A DNA stretch of 64,000 bases from Candidatus Eiseniibacteriota bacterium (lineage in GTDB: Bacteria > Eisenbacteria > RBG-16-71-46): assembly GCA_035691845.1 (NCBI GenBank), contig DASSIN010000066.1, positions 9,032 to 73,031 of the forward strand. The letters are read 5' to 3'. Below are positions 36,895-48,576 of this stretch, in pieces. Each line of letters opens with the position of its first letter. Positions within the stretch are counted from its first letter, which is position 1. The position numbers and the translations under genes were made by a program. The notes under the pieces are model-generated. The model ran no database searches. It was not told the DNA's origin and worked only from the letters and a program-made list of their open reading frames with translations.

Positions 36895-38166
36895 ATGAGC
36901 CTTGACGTGGCCGGTCGCGCTCCGCATTCTGCGCGCGTGCTCAACTGGATTTGGGCGGCGCTCTTCCTCATCGCCTTCGTGGTGGCGGTCTGGCAGGCGG
37001 CAGTCGGCGGGAAGCCGGATGTCATGCAGGCCGTCGTCCAATCGCTGTTCGACTCGTCCAAGACGGGCTTCGAGCTGGCGCTCGGGCTGACCGGCGTGAT
37101 GAGCCTGTGGCTCGGGCTCATGCGCATCGCCGAGCAGGCGGGCGTGACGGAGTGGATCGCGTGGGCCGTGGGCCCGCTGTTCCGCCGCCTGTTCCCCGCC
37201 ATCCCCCCCGGCCACCCCGCCAGCGGCGCGATCGTGATGAATCGCTCGGCCAACATGCTGGGGCTCGACAACGCCGCCACCCCGCTCGGCCTGAAGGCGA
37301 TGAAGGAGCTGCAGAGCCTCAATCGCGAGCCCGACCGCGCCAGCGACGAGATGATCCTGTTCATGGTGATGAACGCCTCGTCGGTCACGCTGGTGCCGAT
37401 CTCGATCCTGACGTTCCGGGCCCAGCTCGGCGCCAGGAATCCGGCCGACGTGTTCGTCCCGATCCTGATCGCGACCTACATCGCCGATCTGTCGGGATTG
37501 TTGCTCGTCGCCGCCATCCAGCGACTCAAGCTGTGGAGTCCCGTGGTGCTGGCGTGGATCGGCACGTTGACGCTGGTGGTGGCGGGACTCGTGTGGCGCT
37601 TCTCGCAGCTGCCGACGGCCGAGGTCGCGACGCAGTCGGCGCTGCTCGCGAACGCCATCCTGATCGGGCTGATCGCGTCGTTCCTGATCGCGGGCGCGTG
37701 GCGCCGGGTGCCGATGTACGAGACGTTCGTCGAGGGCGCGAAGGAAGGCTTCGCGGTCGCGATCGGCATCGTGCCGTTCCTGGTCGCGATCCTGGTCGCG
37801 GTCGGCGCGCTGCGCGCGAGCGGCGCGCTCGAGGCGTTCCTGGGCGGCATCAAGACGATGGTCGGCCACTGGAACATGGACACGCGCTGGGTGGACGCGC
37901 TGCCCACGGCGCTGATCAAGCCGCTGTCGGGCGGCGGCGCGCGCGGGATGATGGTGGACACGATGAAGGCGCTCGGGCCCGATTCGTTCGCGGGACGGCT
38001 GTCGTGCGTCATCCAGGGCAGCACCGAGACCACGTTCTACGTGCTCGCCGTCTACTTCGGCTCGGTCGGGATCCGAAAGACGCGCTACGCCCTGCACGTC
38101 GCGCTCGCGACCGAGATCATCGGCGTGATCGCCGCGATCGCGATCAGCTACGTGTTCTTCGGCTGA
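36895..38166 (+). CDS. Nucleoside-recognition (Gate) domain membrane protein, fused SpmA/SpmB-like
   Basis: VLNWIWAALFLIAFVVAVWQA start typical of SpmA; two Gate-domain halves; 11-12 TM; start ATG 36895 or GTG 36937. Confidence 0.75.
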   Translation: MSLDVAGRAPHSARVLNWIWAALFLIAFVVAVWQAAVGGKPDVMQAVVQSLFDSSKTGFELALGLTGVMSLWLGLMRIAEQAGVTEWIAWAVGPLFRRLFPAIPPGHPASGAIVMNRSANMLGLDNAATPLGLKAMKELQSLNREPDRASDEMILFMVMNASSVTLVPISILTFRAQLGARNPADVFVPILIATYIADLSGLLLVAAIQRLKLWSPVVLAWIGTLTLVVAGLVWRFSQLPTAEVATQSALLANAILIGLIASFLIAGAWRRVPMYETFVEGAKEGFAVAIGIVPFLVAILVAVGALRASGALEAFLGGIKTMVGHWNMDTRWVDALPTALIKPLSGGGARGMMVDTMKALGPDSFAGRLSCVIQGSTETTFYVLAVYFGSVGIRKTRYALHVALATEIIGVIAAIAISYVFFG

Positions 38167-38276
38167 CGCGCACCCGCCTTGGCGCGCGCAGCAGGCCGTG
38201 CGGCCGCGAGGTGCTGTTAGAATGCGCCCGGTCGACCACCCGCCGGTAACGCATTTCAATCTTCACGAGTCCGCGA

Positions 38277-39374
38277 TTGCCCAGCCGCCGGATCCTGCAC
38301 ATCGACATGGACGCGTTCTATGCATCGGTCGAGCAGCGCGACCGGCCGGAATGGCGCGGCCGGCCGGTGGCGGTGGGCGGATCGCCCGCCGAGCGCGGCG
38401 TGGTGGCGGCGGCGAGCTACGAGGCGCGCGCGTTCGGCGTGCGCTCGGCGTTGCCGATGTCGCGCGCGCTGCGGCTGTGTCCCGAGCTCGTGATCGTGCC
38501 TCCCGACTTCGCCCGCTACCGCGCCGTGTCGCAGCAGGTGCGCGCGATCTTCCTCGCGGTCACGCCGCGGGTCGAACCGCTGTCGCTGGACGAGGCGTAT
38601 CTGGACGTGACCGAGAACGCGTGGGGCGAGGCGCTGGGCGTCGATGTCGCGCGGCGCATCAAGCAGCAGATCCGCGACACCACGGGGCTCACGGCCTCGG
38701 CGGGCGTGGCGCCGAACAAGTTCCTCGCCAAGGTCGCCTCGGCGTGGCGCAAGCCGGATGGGCTCACGGTGATCGCGCCCGAGCGGGTCGAGAGCTTCCT
38801 GCGGGCGCTGCCGGTCGAGGCGCTGTGGGGTGTCGGCCCGAAGACGGCGCGCCGCCTGCGCGAGCGCGGCATCGCGCGCGTGGTGGACGTCCGCGGCGCG
38901 GATCCGGCGGTGCTGCGCTCGGTCGTGGGCTCGTTCGCGGAGGCGCTGCTCGAGATGGCCAATGGCCGCGACGAGCGGCCGGTCGAGCCGGATCGGCCGT
39001 CCAAGTCGTGCTCGAGCGAGAACACCTACGCGCATGACGTGAGCGATCCCGGCCGCATCCGTGACGAGATCGATCGCATGGCGCGCGACAACGCGCGGTG
39101 GCTGGCGCGCAACGGGCTCGAGGCGCGCACGGTCACGATCAAGGTGCGCTACGGCGACTTCACAACGGTCACCCGCTCGGACACGCGGCCGCCGACGGCC
39201 GACGCGGACGAGCTCGCGGCCCGCGCGGTCGGGCTGCTGGCGAAGACCGAGGCTGGCCGCCGGCCCGTCAGGCTGCTGGGCGCCGGCGTCCACAACCTGG
39301 TCTCCCCGGCCGGGCGCGCGAACGACGGACGGCTGCCGTTCGAGGCCATGCCGAACGAGGCGGATGCGGGATGA
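38277..39374 (+). CDS. dinB: DNA polymerase IV (Y-family, DinB)
   Basis: RILHIDMDAFYASVEQRDRPEWRGRPVAVGG, SLDEAYLDVT catalytic motifs; TTG start at 38277 (ATG at 38307 would truncate conserved N-terminus). Confidence 0.85.
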   Translation: MPSRRILHIDMDAFYASVEQRDRPEWRGRPVAVGGSPAERGVVAAASYEARAFGVRSALPMSRALRLCPELVIVPPDFARYRAVSQQVRAIFLAVTPRVEPLSLDEAYLDVTENAWGEALGVDVARRIKQQIRDTTGLTASAGVAPNKFLAKVASAWRKPDGLTVIAPERVESFLRALPVEALWGVGPKTARRLRERGIARVVDVRGADPAVLRSVVGSFAEALLEMANGRDERPVEPDRPSKSCSSENTYAHDVSDPGRIRDEIDRMARDNARWLARNGLEARTVTIKVRYGDFTTVTRSDTRPPTADADELAARAVGLLAKTEAGRRPVRLLGAGVHNLVSPAGRANDGRLPFEAMPNEADAG

Positions 39375-40138
39375 ACGTGCGCTTCCATGGCCGGGTCGCG
39401 ATCGTCACCGGCGCCGCGCACGGAATCGGCCGCGCCGTGGCGCTCGCGTTGGCGGCGCTCGGGGCGCAGGTCGTCGCATGCGACATCCTGGCCGGCGAGC
39501 TGGGCGAGACCGAACGTCTCGCGAGCGAAGCGGGCGCGCAGCTGTCCGCGCGTCCGCTCGACGTCACCGACCGCGCGGCCGTTCACGCGCTGGCGCGCGA
39601 GACGCACGCGGCGTTCGGGCGCATCGACGTGCTCGTCAACGACGCGGGCGGCGTGCTGGGCCAGACCGGCCGGCCGCTGGAACAGGTGTCCGAAGCCGAC
39701 TGGCGCGCGATCCTGGCGGTCAACCTGGACGGCGCGTTCCATTGCAGTCAGGCGGTGGCGTCCGCGATGAAGGCCGCGCGCTACGGGCGCATCGTCAACG
39801 TGTCGAGCGGCGCCGGCCTGGGCGTCAGCCTGACCGGGATCCAGGCCTACGCCGCGGCCAAGGCGGGGCAGATCGGGCTCACGCGCCAGCTCGCGCACGA
39901 GCTGGGGCCGTGGGGCATCACCGTCAACGCGGTTGCGCCGGGATTCGTGCGCAGCAATCCGACCACCGAGCGGCAGTGGGAGTCCTACGGCCCCGAAGGG
40001 CAGCGACAACTGATCGAGCGCATCGCGCTGCGCCGGCTGGGGACTCCGCCCGACATCGTGCACGGGGTGCTCTATTTCGCCAGCGAATACGCGGGCTGGG
40101 TGACGGGCCAGACGCTCGCCATCGACGGCGGTCGCTGA
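39371..40138 (+). CDS. SDR-family oxidoreductase (FabG-like)
   Basis: GRVAIVTGAAHGIGRAVA Rossmann motif, NVSSGAG..Y..AKAG catalytic YxxxK; ATG overlaps dinB stop (ATGA). Confidence 0.85.
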   Translation: MNVRFHGRVAIVTGAAHGIGRAVALALAALGAQVVACDILAGELGETERLASEAGAQLSARPLDVTDRAAVHALARETHAAFGRIDVLVNDAGGVLGQTGRPLEQVSEADWRAILAVNLDGAFHCSQAVASAMKAARYGRIVNVSSGAGLGVSLTGIQAYAAAKAGQIGLTRQLAHELGPWGITVNAVAPGFVRSNPTTERQWESYGPEGQRQLIERIALRRLGTPPDIVHGVLYFASEYAGWVTGQTLAIDGGR

Positions 40139-40150
40139 ACGGCGCGCCGC

Positions 40151-40942
40151 CTACATCAGCGCGCGCACCCAGCCGCCGTCCACCACGATCGACTGCCCGG
40201 TGATGTACGCGGCCCGCTCCGAGGCCAGGAACGCCGCCATCGCCGCCAGCTCGCGCGGCTCGCCGATGCGCCGCATCGGGATCTGGGCGATCGTCCGCCG
40301 CTCCACCTCGCTCACCGAGATCCCCTCGCGCGCGGCGGCCGCCTCGTTCACCTCGGCCACGCGCTCGGTGTTCATGAACCCGGGCAGGATGGTGTTGACG
40401 GTGATGCCATCGGCCGCGACCTCGTTGGCGAGCGTGCGCGACAGGCCGGTCAGGGCGGAGCGGATCGAGGTCGAGAGCATCAGGCCGTCGATCGGCTGCT
40501 TCACGGTGAGCGAGGTGACGTGGATGATCCTGCCCCAGCGGCGCTCGCGCATGCCGGGCAGCGCGGCGCGCGTCAGCTCCACCGCGCTGCGCAGCGTCAG
40601 CTCGCAGGCGCGCTGCCACGCGGCCCAGTCGTGGCGCTCGAACACGCCGATCGGCGGCCCGCCGTTGTTGGTGACGAGCACGTCCACGCGGCCGAAGCGC
40701 TCGAGCGTGGAGCGCGTGACGCGCTCGATCCCCTCGGCCTGTGCGAGATCCGCGGCGACGGCGTGGACGGGGGCGCGGGTCGTGCGCGCGATCTCATCGC
40801 GCGCGGCGGCCAGCGTGTCGGCGTGGCGCGCGCACAGCGCCAGCGCCGCGCCCTCGGCCGCCAGCGCCTCGGCGATCGCTCGCCCCAGCCCCTTGCTGGA
40901 GGCGGCGACCAGCGCCACCTTGTTCGAGAGCCCGAGCTCCAT
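40151..40942 (-). CDS. SDR-family oxidoreductase
   Basis: NKVALVAASSKGLGRAIAEALAAEGA Rossmann motif; catalytic S..Y..K pattern. Confidence 0.85.
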   Translation of the reverse strand: MELGLSNKVALVAASSKGLGRAIAEALAAEGAALALCARHADTLAAARDEIARTTRAPVHAVAADLAQAEGIERVTRSTLERFGRVDVLVTNNGGPPIGVFERHDWAAWQRACELTLRSAVELTRAALPGMRERRWGRIIHVTSLTVKQPIDGLMLSTSIRSALTGLSRTLANEVAADGITVNTILPGFMNTERVAEVNEAAAAREGISVSEVERRTIAQIPMRRIGEPRELAAMAAFLASERAAYITGQSIVVDGGWVRALM

Positions 40943-40945
40943 GGA

Positions 40946-41317
40946 TCAGCTCCGCAGGTAGGCGTCGCGCTTCTCGATCCAGTCGCTGCGCACGGGGCTG
41001 AACGCGTCGCTCACGATCGAATCCTCGAGCGCCTCGGCGGAGTGCGGCAGTCCGGGCGGAATCATCAGCACCTCGCCGCCGCGCACGTCCACCACCTCGG
41101 CGCCGTCCGCGCCCATGCGGAACCGCAGGCAGCCGGACAGCACGTGCGCGAACTGCTCGTTGTCGTGCGCGTGCTTGGGCACGAGGCAGCCCTGGGCGAG
41201 ATGGAACTGCGCCAGCGTCAGGTGCTGGCCGTTGACGTAGCGGCGCTCGAGCTTCTCCCCCAGGCGCTCGCGCGGCATGTCGTTCCAGCGGACGAGCGTG
41301 GCCTGCTGCGTGTTCAT
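40946..41317 (-). CDS. Cupin-domain protein
   Basis: G..L.PKHAHDNEQFAHVLSGCLRFRMG...VLMIPPGLPHSAEAL two-His cupin motifs; ATG 41317 (MNTQQATL). Confidence 0.7.
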   Translation of the reverse strand: MNTQQATLVRWNDMPRERLGEKLERRYVNGQHLTLAQFHLAQGCLVPKHAHDNEQFAHVLSGCLRFRMGADGAEVVDVRGGEVLMIPPGLPHSAEALEDSIVSDAFSPVRSDWIEKRDAYLRS

Positions 41318-41360
41318 CGCATGGTTCTCCGGTGGTGGTGGGTCGAGGGGTGAACGCACG

Positions 41361-41858
41361 TCAATGGTGCCGGACGTCGTATTCGGCGAACGGCTGCCAG
41401 CCTCCGCCGGGGTCTCCCGACTCGAGCCGGAAGCGCCAGTGGTCGGCGGCGCGATCGTAGACGAACGTGTCGCGGAACGGGCCGTCGGCGTAGTCGAAGC
41501 GTAGCCGCAGCGTGTCGCCGTCCATCTCGCCCGAGGCGGGCGGGATCGAATAGCGCGCGCCGGTCGAGTCCAGCCAGTGCGCCAGGTAACGGCCGCCCAG
41601 GCTGTCCACGCCCACGAACACGCGCGCCTCGTATGCGGGCGGACGTTGGACGTCCGTCATGTGGAGCTCGACGAACCGCCTTCGCAGCGTGCGCGTGACC
41701 TCGAGGTCGTAGGCGACCGGCTTGCCGCGCACGGACCCGGTCATGCGCCACCTGCCCACCAGCCGGTCGAGCAGCGCGTCCATGGCGGCGGGGCTCGAAG
41801 TGGGCGTGGCGGACCGGATGACGAGCGCCAGCAGGCAGATAAACGTGGACGGAAGCAT
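41361..41858 (-). CDS. Secreted hypothetical protein (DUF1579-like)
   Basis: Signal peptide MLPSTFICLLALVIRSATP; high GC3; no confident family assignment. Confidence 0.5.
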   Translation of the reverse strand: MLPSTFICLLALVIRSATPTSSPAAMDALLDRLVGRWRMTGSVRGKPVAYDLEVTRTLRRRFVELHMTDVQRPPAYEARVFVGVDSLGGRYLAHWLDSTGARYSIPPASGEMDGDTLRLRFDYADGPFRDTFVYDRAADHWRFRLESGDPGGGWQPFAEYDVRHH

Positions 41859-41960
41859 CGGCGGCCCTCCTCCTCAGTGGGCGCCGATCCTAGCCGCGCG
41901 AGCGGCTCGCGATCCAATCGTCCGTGGGAATGCGACACGCGGCCGTTCGCAGGCCCTGGA

Positions 41961-43662
<1,702 letters not shown>

Positions 43663-43675
43663 GCGAAGCGGCCGA

Positions 43676-46600
43676 TCACTCGATCACGGTGACGCGGCGC
43701 GTGAGGCGCGTCGCTCCCTGCGTGAGCCGCACGAGGTAGATGCCGGGCGAGCGTCCCGCGCCCACCGGAAGCTCGATCTCGTGGCGCCCGGTGCCGAGCG
43801 CGCCCACCTCGCGCACCGCCACGCGGCGCCCGGCGACGTCCAGCAGCTCGAGCTGGGCGCGCCCCGCAGCCGGCAGCACGAACGCCACGCGCAGGCGATC
43901 ACCCGTCATCGGATTCGGCCGCAGGGCGTCGAGTGCGAGTGCGAGCGGTGCGCTGGCGCCCACGGCGGTCGTGTTGCCGGGCCCGAGCGTCGCGTACGGG
44001 CTCGCGTTGCCGTTCACGTCCACGGCGGCCAGCTTGTACCAACTCCCGGCGGGTCCGGGATCGGTGTAACCGGTGTCGGACAACGTCGCCACGGCATTGG
44101 CGGGTCCGGGCGTGAAATCGGACGCGCTGCCGCGGTAGAGGGCGTAGTACCACAGGTCGGGCTCGGTGTTGGCGCCCCAGTGCAGGTGCGTGGCGGACGC
44201 CGCGTAGGCAGCCGTGAATGGCGCCGGCGGCGCGGGCGGCAGGTTGTCCACCGAGTAGCCCGAGTCCGGCGGCGAGTCGAAGTACGTCGCCGGATCGGAG
44301 GTGATGGCGCTCACGAACAGCGTGCTGCGATGGATGCCGTCCGCGTTGGAATCGGCGAGCGTGGGAACCACCACCACGTAGGCCGAGTCGGCGCGCGCCG
44401 TCAGCGTTGCCACGAAGTCCCAGCCGTCCACCTGCAGCGCCGCGCGCCGCGCGTGCCCGGCGGACGAGGCGCCCGCAGGTCGCACGGTGGACGGCGCGAA
44501 ACCCGCCGCCACCTTGCGGTACACGTCGTACTGGGTGATCGGCGTGCCCGATCCGCGATAATCGTATCCGCTGGCGCGGAACCGCAGCCGCACCTCGTGG
44601 CCCTGATCGTCGCCGACGTCCTGAATGCTGGCGATCGCGGGGCTGGCACTGGCCACAATCCGCACGCTGACGGGCGCGGAGCTGCTGCCGCACAGTCTGG
44701 CGTCGCCCTTGTAGACGGCCGTGAACGTGCGGCTGCCGAGCCGCGGCGCGAACAGCGCGAGCCCAGCCGTGCCACCGACCACCGGGGCCGTGCCGAGCAG
44801 CGTGGTGCCGTCGAAGAACCGCACCGAGTCCGTGGGAGACGTCGTGCCGCCGGCCGCGAGCGCGACGCCGGCCTGCAGCGTGAGCGGTGCGTTCAGCACG
44901 CACGGATTGGGGCTCGCGGTCAGCGTCGTGCGCGTGAGCTGCAGCGCCGTCAGCAGCGAGGCGCTGCTGCCGATGTAGTTGGCGGTGGCCAGATCGACGC
45001 GGCCATCGCCGTTCACGTCGCCGGCCGCCACGTAGTAGTCGGACTGGCCGGTCGGGTAGTCGATCTTCGGGCCGAACGTGCCCGTACCGGTGCCGAGCAT
45101 CACCGAAACCGTGCTGGAAATTCCGTTGGCGATCACGAGATCGGCGCGGCCGTCGCCGTTCACGTCGGCGGCGGCGACGCCGAATGGACTGTTCCCGGCG
45201 GGGTAATCGGTGCGCGTGTAGGCGCCGGAGCCGTTGTCGAGGAACACGGAAACGAGGTTGGAGCCCTGATCCACCACCACGAGCTCGTAGCGCCCGTCGC
45301 CGTTCAAGTCGGTCACCACGAGCCCGGCGGGATTGACGCCGGTCGCGTAAAGCGTGTTCGAGGGGAACTGGTTGGACCCGTTGTTGAGCAGCACGGCCAC
45401 GGCGTTGCTGTTGTAGTCGGTGACCACGATGTCGAGCCTGCCGTCCTTGTTGATGTCGGCGAGCGCCACCGTCATGGGATTGGACCCCGTCGCCCAGTCG
45501 GTCTTGGCCCCGAACGTACCGTTGCCGTTGCCGAGCAGGACGGAGACGGAGGTCGCACCGCCGTTGGCGGTGACGAGATCCAGCCGGCCATCGCCGTTGA
45601 CGTCCCCGATCGCCACCGACTGCGGCTGGAGGCCGGTCGTGAAGTTGGTGGCCGCTCCGAATCCCCCGGCGCCGTTGCCGAGCAGCACCGAGACGTTGTT
45701 CGAGCCGTAGTTCGGCACCACCATGTCCGGGATGCCGTCGTTGTTGAGATCCGCGAACATCGCGGCTTGTGGAGTGGTGCCGGTCGGATAGTCGTTGCGC
45801 GCCCCCAGCGCGCCCGAGCCGTTGGCGAGCATCACCGAGATCCCGCCCCCGTTGACGTTGGCGGTGGCGGCATCGCTACGCCCGTCGCCGTTCAGGTCGG
45901 CGATCGTCACCCAGCGCGGGTTCGCTCCCACCGGCGTGTCGACCTTGGGCGCGAACCCGGCCGGCTGGAACAGCAGCGTGATCGCGGATGCGAACTGATC
46001 GGTCGCCACCAGATCGGGCCGGCCGTCACCGTTCAGGTCCGCGGCCACGATCCCCCAGGCGTTGCCGGTGACCGGGGTGTCGAATCGGCTGCCGAACCCG
46101 CCCGCGCCGTCCCCCGCGAGCACGGTCACGGAAGCGGAATCGTAGTTCGCGGTCGCGATGTCCATCTTGCCGTCGTTGTTCAGATCCGCGACCACCAGCG
46201 TCGCAGGGCTGCCGTTGACGGCGAAGTCCGTCCGGGCGCCGAAGCCGCCGGTGCCGGTGCCGAGGAACACCGACACCGACTTCGAACCCTGGTTGCTGCA
46301 CAGCAGGTCGGGCTTGCCGTCGCCGTTCACGTCGGCGATCGCCAACGAGCTGGTGGTATTCCCGGTGGTGTAGTCCGTGCGCGCGCCGAATGCGCCGGCG
46401 CCGGTTCCGAGCCGCACCGAGATCGCGTTGAAGCCGTAGTCCGCGACCGCGATGTCGGGGATGCCGTCGTTGTTGAAGTCCCCGACCTGCACGTGGAACG
46501 GGTTGGCGCCGGTCGCGTACGCCACGCGCGGCGCGAATCCGCCCGAGCCGTTGGCGAGCAGCACGGAAACGGCGCCCGAGCCGCCGTCGGCCGTCACCAG

Positions 46601-47122
46601 GTCGGGCCGCCCGTCGGCGTTCAAGTCGGCGATCGCGACCGACTGTGGCTGGGTGCCGGTCGGGTAGTCGGTGCGGGCGCCGAATCCGCCCGCGCCGTTG
46701 CCGATGAACACCGACACCGAGGCCGCGCCGTAGTTCGCCACGGCCAGATCCAGCCTGCCGTCGCCGTTCAGGTCCCCGATCGCCACGGCGCTGGGGCTGG
46801 CGGCGGTGGCGATGTCGGTCCGCGGCAGGAACGCGCCGCCTCCGGCGCCGAGCAGGATCGACATGTTGTTCGAGTAGTAGTTGACGACGACGAGATCCGG
46901 CCTGCCATCGCCGTTCAGGTCGGCGGCCTGCACCCAGCGGGTGCCGAACGGGGTCGCGTAGTCCTGGCGCACGCCGAGACTGAACGCCTGCGCGGCGGAC
47001 GAGCGCGGCTGGAACGCCGCCGACAGGCACAGGAGTCCCGCGACCAGAGGCGCGCCCAGCCGGCGCCAGTGATCGAGGTGAGCGCGGACGCGCGCGACAG
47101 GTGCTGCGGCGCTACGGTGCAT
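43676..47122 (-). CDS. Giant secreted FG-GAP/VCBS-repeat protein (~1150 aa) with Ig-like region and T9SS-type C-terminal sorting domain
   Basis: ~14 repeats of ADLNGDGRPDLVV.NY.SN.VSVLLGNG.GGF; signal peptide LGAPLVAGLLCLSAAFQPRSSAAQA (ATG 47122); C-terminal LRPNPMTGDRLRVAFVLP..LELLDVAGRRVAV...PGIYLVRLTQGATRLTRRVTVIE. Confidence 0.85.
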   Translation of the reverse strand: MHRSAAAPVARVRAHLDHWRRLGAPLVAGLLCLSAAFQPRSSAAQAFSLGVRQDYATPFGTRWVQAADLNGDGRPDLVVVNYYSNNMSILLGAGGGAFLPRTDIATAASPSAVAIGDLNGDGRLDLAVANYGAASVSVFIGNGAGGFGARTDYPTGTQPQSVAIADLNADGRPDLVTADGGSGAVSVLLANGSGGFAPRVAYATGANPFHVQVGDFNNDGIPDIAVADYGFNAISVRLGTGAGAFGARTDYTTGNTTSSLAIADVNGDGKPDLLCSNQGSKSVSVFLGTGTGGFGARTDFAVNGSPATLVVADLNNDGKMDIATANYDSASVTVLAGDGAGGFGSRFDTPVTGNAWGIVAADLNGDGRPDLVATDQFASAITLLFQPAGFAPKVDTPVGANPRWVTIADLNGDGRSDAATANVNGGGISVMLANGSGALGARNDYPTGTTPQAAMFADLNNDGIPDMVVPNYGSNNVSVLLGNGAGGFGAATNFTTGLQPQSVAIGDVNGDGRLDLVTANGGATSVSVLLGNGNGTFGAKTDWATGSNPMTVALADINKDGRLDIVVTDYNSNAVAVLLNNGSNQFPSNTLYATGVNPAGLVVTDLNGDGRYELVVVDQGSNLVSVFLDNGSGAYTRTDYPAGNSPFGVAAADVNGDGRADLVIANGISSTVSVMLGTGTGTFGPKIDYPTGQSDYYVAAGDVNGDGRVDLATANYIGSSASLLTALQLTRTTLTASPNPCVLNAPLTLQAGVALAAGGTTSPTDSVRFFDGTTLLGTAPVVGGTAGLALFAPRLGSRTFTAVYKGDARLCGSSSAPVSVRIVASASPAIASIQDVGDDQGHEVRLRFRASGYDYRGSGTPITQYDVYRKVAAGFAPSTVRPAGASSAGHARRAALQVDGWDFVATLTARADSAYVVVVPTLADSNADGIHRSTLFVSAITSDPATYFDSPPDSGYSVDNLPPAPPAPFTAAYAASATHLHWGANTEPDLWYYALYRGSASDFTPGPANAVATLSDTGYTDPGPAGSWYKLAAVDVNGNASPYATLGPGNTTAVGASAPLALALDALRPNPMTGDRLRVAFVLPAAGRAQLELLDVAGRRVAVREVGALGTGRHEIELPVGAGRSPGIYLVRLTQGATRLTRRVTVIE

Positions 47123-47285
47123 GAGCGGCCTCCGGGACGGGTTGAGGCTCCATTTTACGCGGGCGCTCTGCGGCGCGAACAGCCCAATGTGGGCGGCCGC
47201 TGGGTTTTTCCGCCGGCGGGGCCGGAGGCGGTGCCGCCTTCGCCGTTCGACTTCCCGTGGCCGCTGAAGTAGAACTCGGCGCCCC

Positions 47286-48500
47286 ATGGGCCTCGAGATC
47301 GCCGCCTGCCGCACGCCCGACGAGACGATCGCCTCGATCGGGCCGGTGGCCCACTATTTCGGCATCCCGCTGCGGCCGCAGGACCACGTGCGGTTCACGC
47401 CGTTCGTCGAACCCTCGCGCGCGTTCACGGCGCGCGACGATGGTGTGGTGGTGGGCGGCTGCGCGTCGTTTCCGTTCGAGCTGACGGTGCCGGGCGGGTT
47501 CGTGCGCGCGGCGGGCGTGACCACGGTGGGCGTGCTGCCCACCCACCGCCGCCGCGGCATCCTGCGCGACCTGATGCGCGAGCAGCTCGACGACGTGCGC
47601 CGGCGCGGCGAGCCGGTGGCGGCGCTGTGGGCGTCCGAGGACACGATCTACGGGCGATTCGGCTACGGCATGGCATCGGTGTGCGCGGACATCGAGCTGC
47701 CGAAGGCCTCGGTGGCGTTCGCGCTGCCGTTCGAGCGGCGTGGAAGCTTCCGGCTGCTCGGCGAGGCCGAGGCGCTGGCCGCGTTCCCAGAAGTCTACGA
47801 CCGCGTGCGGGCGCGCCAGCCGGGCATGCTGTCACGCGTGCCCGAGTGGTGGCAGCATCGCGTGCTGGCGGATTCCGAGCACCGCCGCCAGGGTGGCGGC
47901 CACATGAATCGCGTGCTGCTCGCGCGCGACGGCCGCGCGAGCGGCTACGCGTTGTATCGCCTGTTCCAGAAGTTCGAGGCGGGCGTGACGGTCGGTCACC
48001 TGCAGGTGATCGAGGCGGTCGCCGATGGCGCCGACGCCACGCGCGAGCTGTGGCGTCACCTGCTCGACATCGACTGGGTGGCGAGCATCAAGGCGACGCT
48101 GCTGCCGCTCGATCACCCGCTGTGGTTCCTGCTCGCGCGCCCGCGCGAGGCGGGACTGCGCGTGCGCGACGGCCTGTGGATCAGGCTCGTGGACCTGCCG
48201 GCGGCGCTCGCCGCGCGCGGGCGGGGCGACGCCGCCCCCGTCGTGATCGAGGTGGCGGACGCGTTCTGTCCGTGGAACGCGGGCCGCTGGCGCATCGCGC
48301 CCTCCGGCGTCGAGCGCACCACCGCCGAGCCCGAGCTGGCGTGCGACGTCGGTACACTCGGCTCGGTCTACCTCGGGGGCTTCACGTTCCGTCGGCTGGT
48401 GCGCGCCGCGCGCGTGGCCGAGCTGCGCGCCGGCGCCGCGGAACGCGCCGACGCGCTGTTCCCGGCCGATCTCGCCCCGTGGTGTCCCGAGATCTTCTGA
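47286..48500 (+). CDS. GNAT-family N-acetyltransferase, Eis-like three-domain architecture
   Basis: 404 aa; GVLPTHRRRGILRDLMREQL acetyl-CoA binding motif; C-terminal SCP2-like region. Confidence 0.65.
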   Translation: MGLEIAACRTPDETIASIGPVAHYFGIPLRPQDHVRFTPFVEPSRAFTARDDGVVVGGCASFPFELTVPGGFVRAAGVTTVGVLPTHRRRGILRDLMREQLDDVRRRGEPVAALWASEDTIYGRFGYGMASVCADIELPKASVAFALPFERRGSFRLLGEAEALAAFPEVYDRVRARQPGMLSRVPEWWQHRVLADSEHRRQGGGHMNRVLLARDGRASGYALYRLFQKFEAGVTVGHLQVIEAVADGADATRELWRHLLDIDWVASIKATLLPLDHPLWFLLARPREAGLRVRDGLWIRLVDLPAALAARGRGDAAPVVIEVADAFCPWNAGRWRIAPSGVERTTAEPELACDVGTLGSVYLGGFTFRRLVRAARVAELRAGAAERADALFPADLAPWCPEIF

Positions 48501-48576
48501 CCGCGGCAACCCCGAGCGCGCGCTCCATCTGAACCGCCCGCGGCGGTATGGCGGATCCGCGCCGGCGATCCCACCC

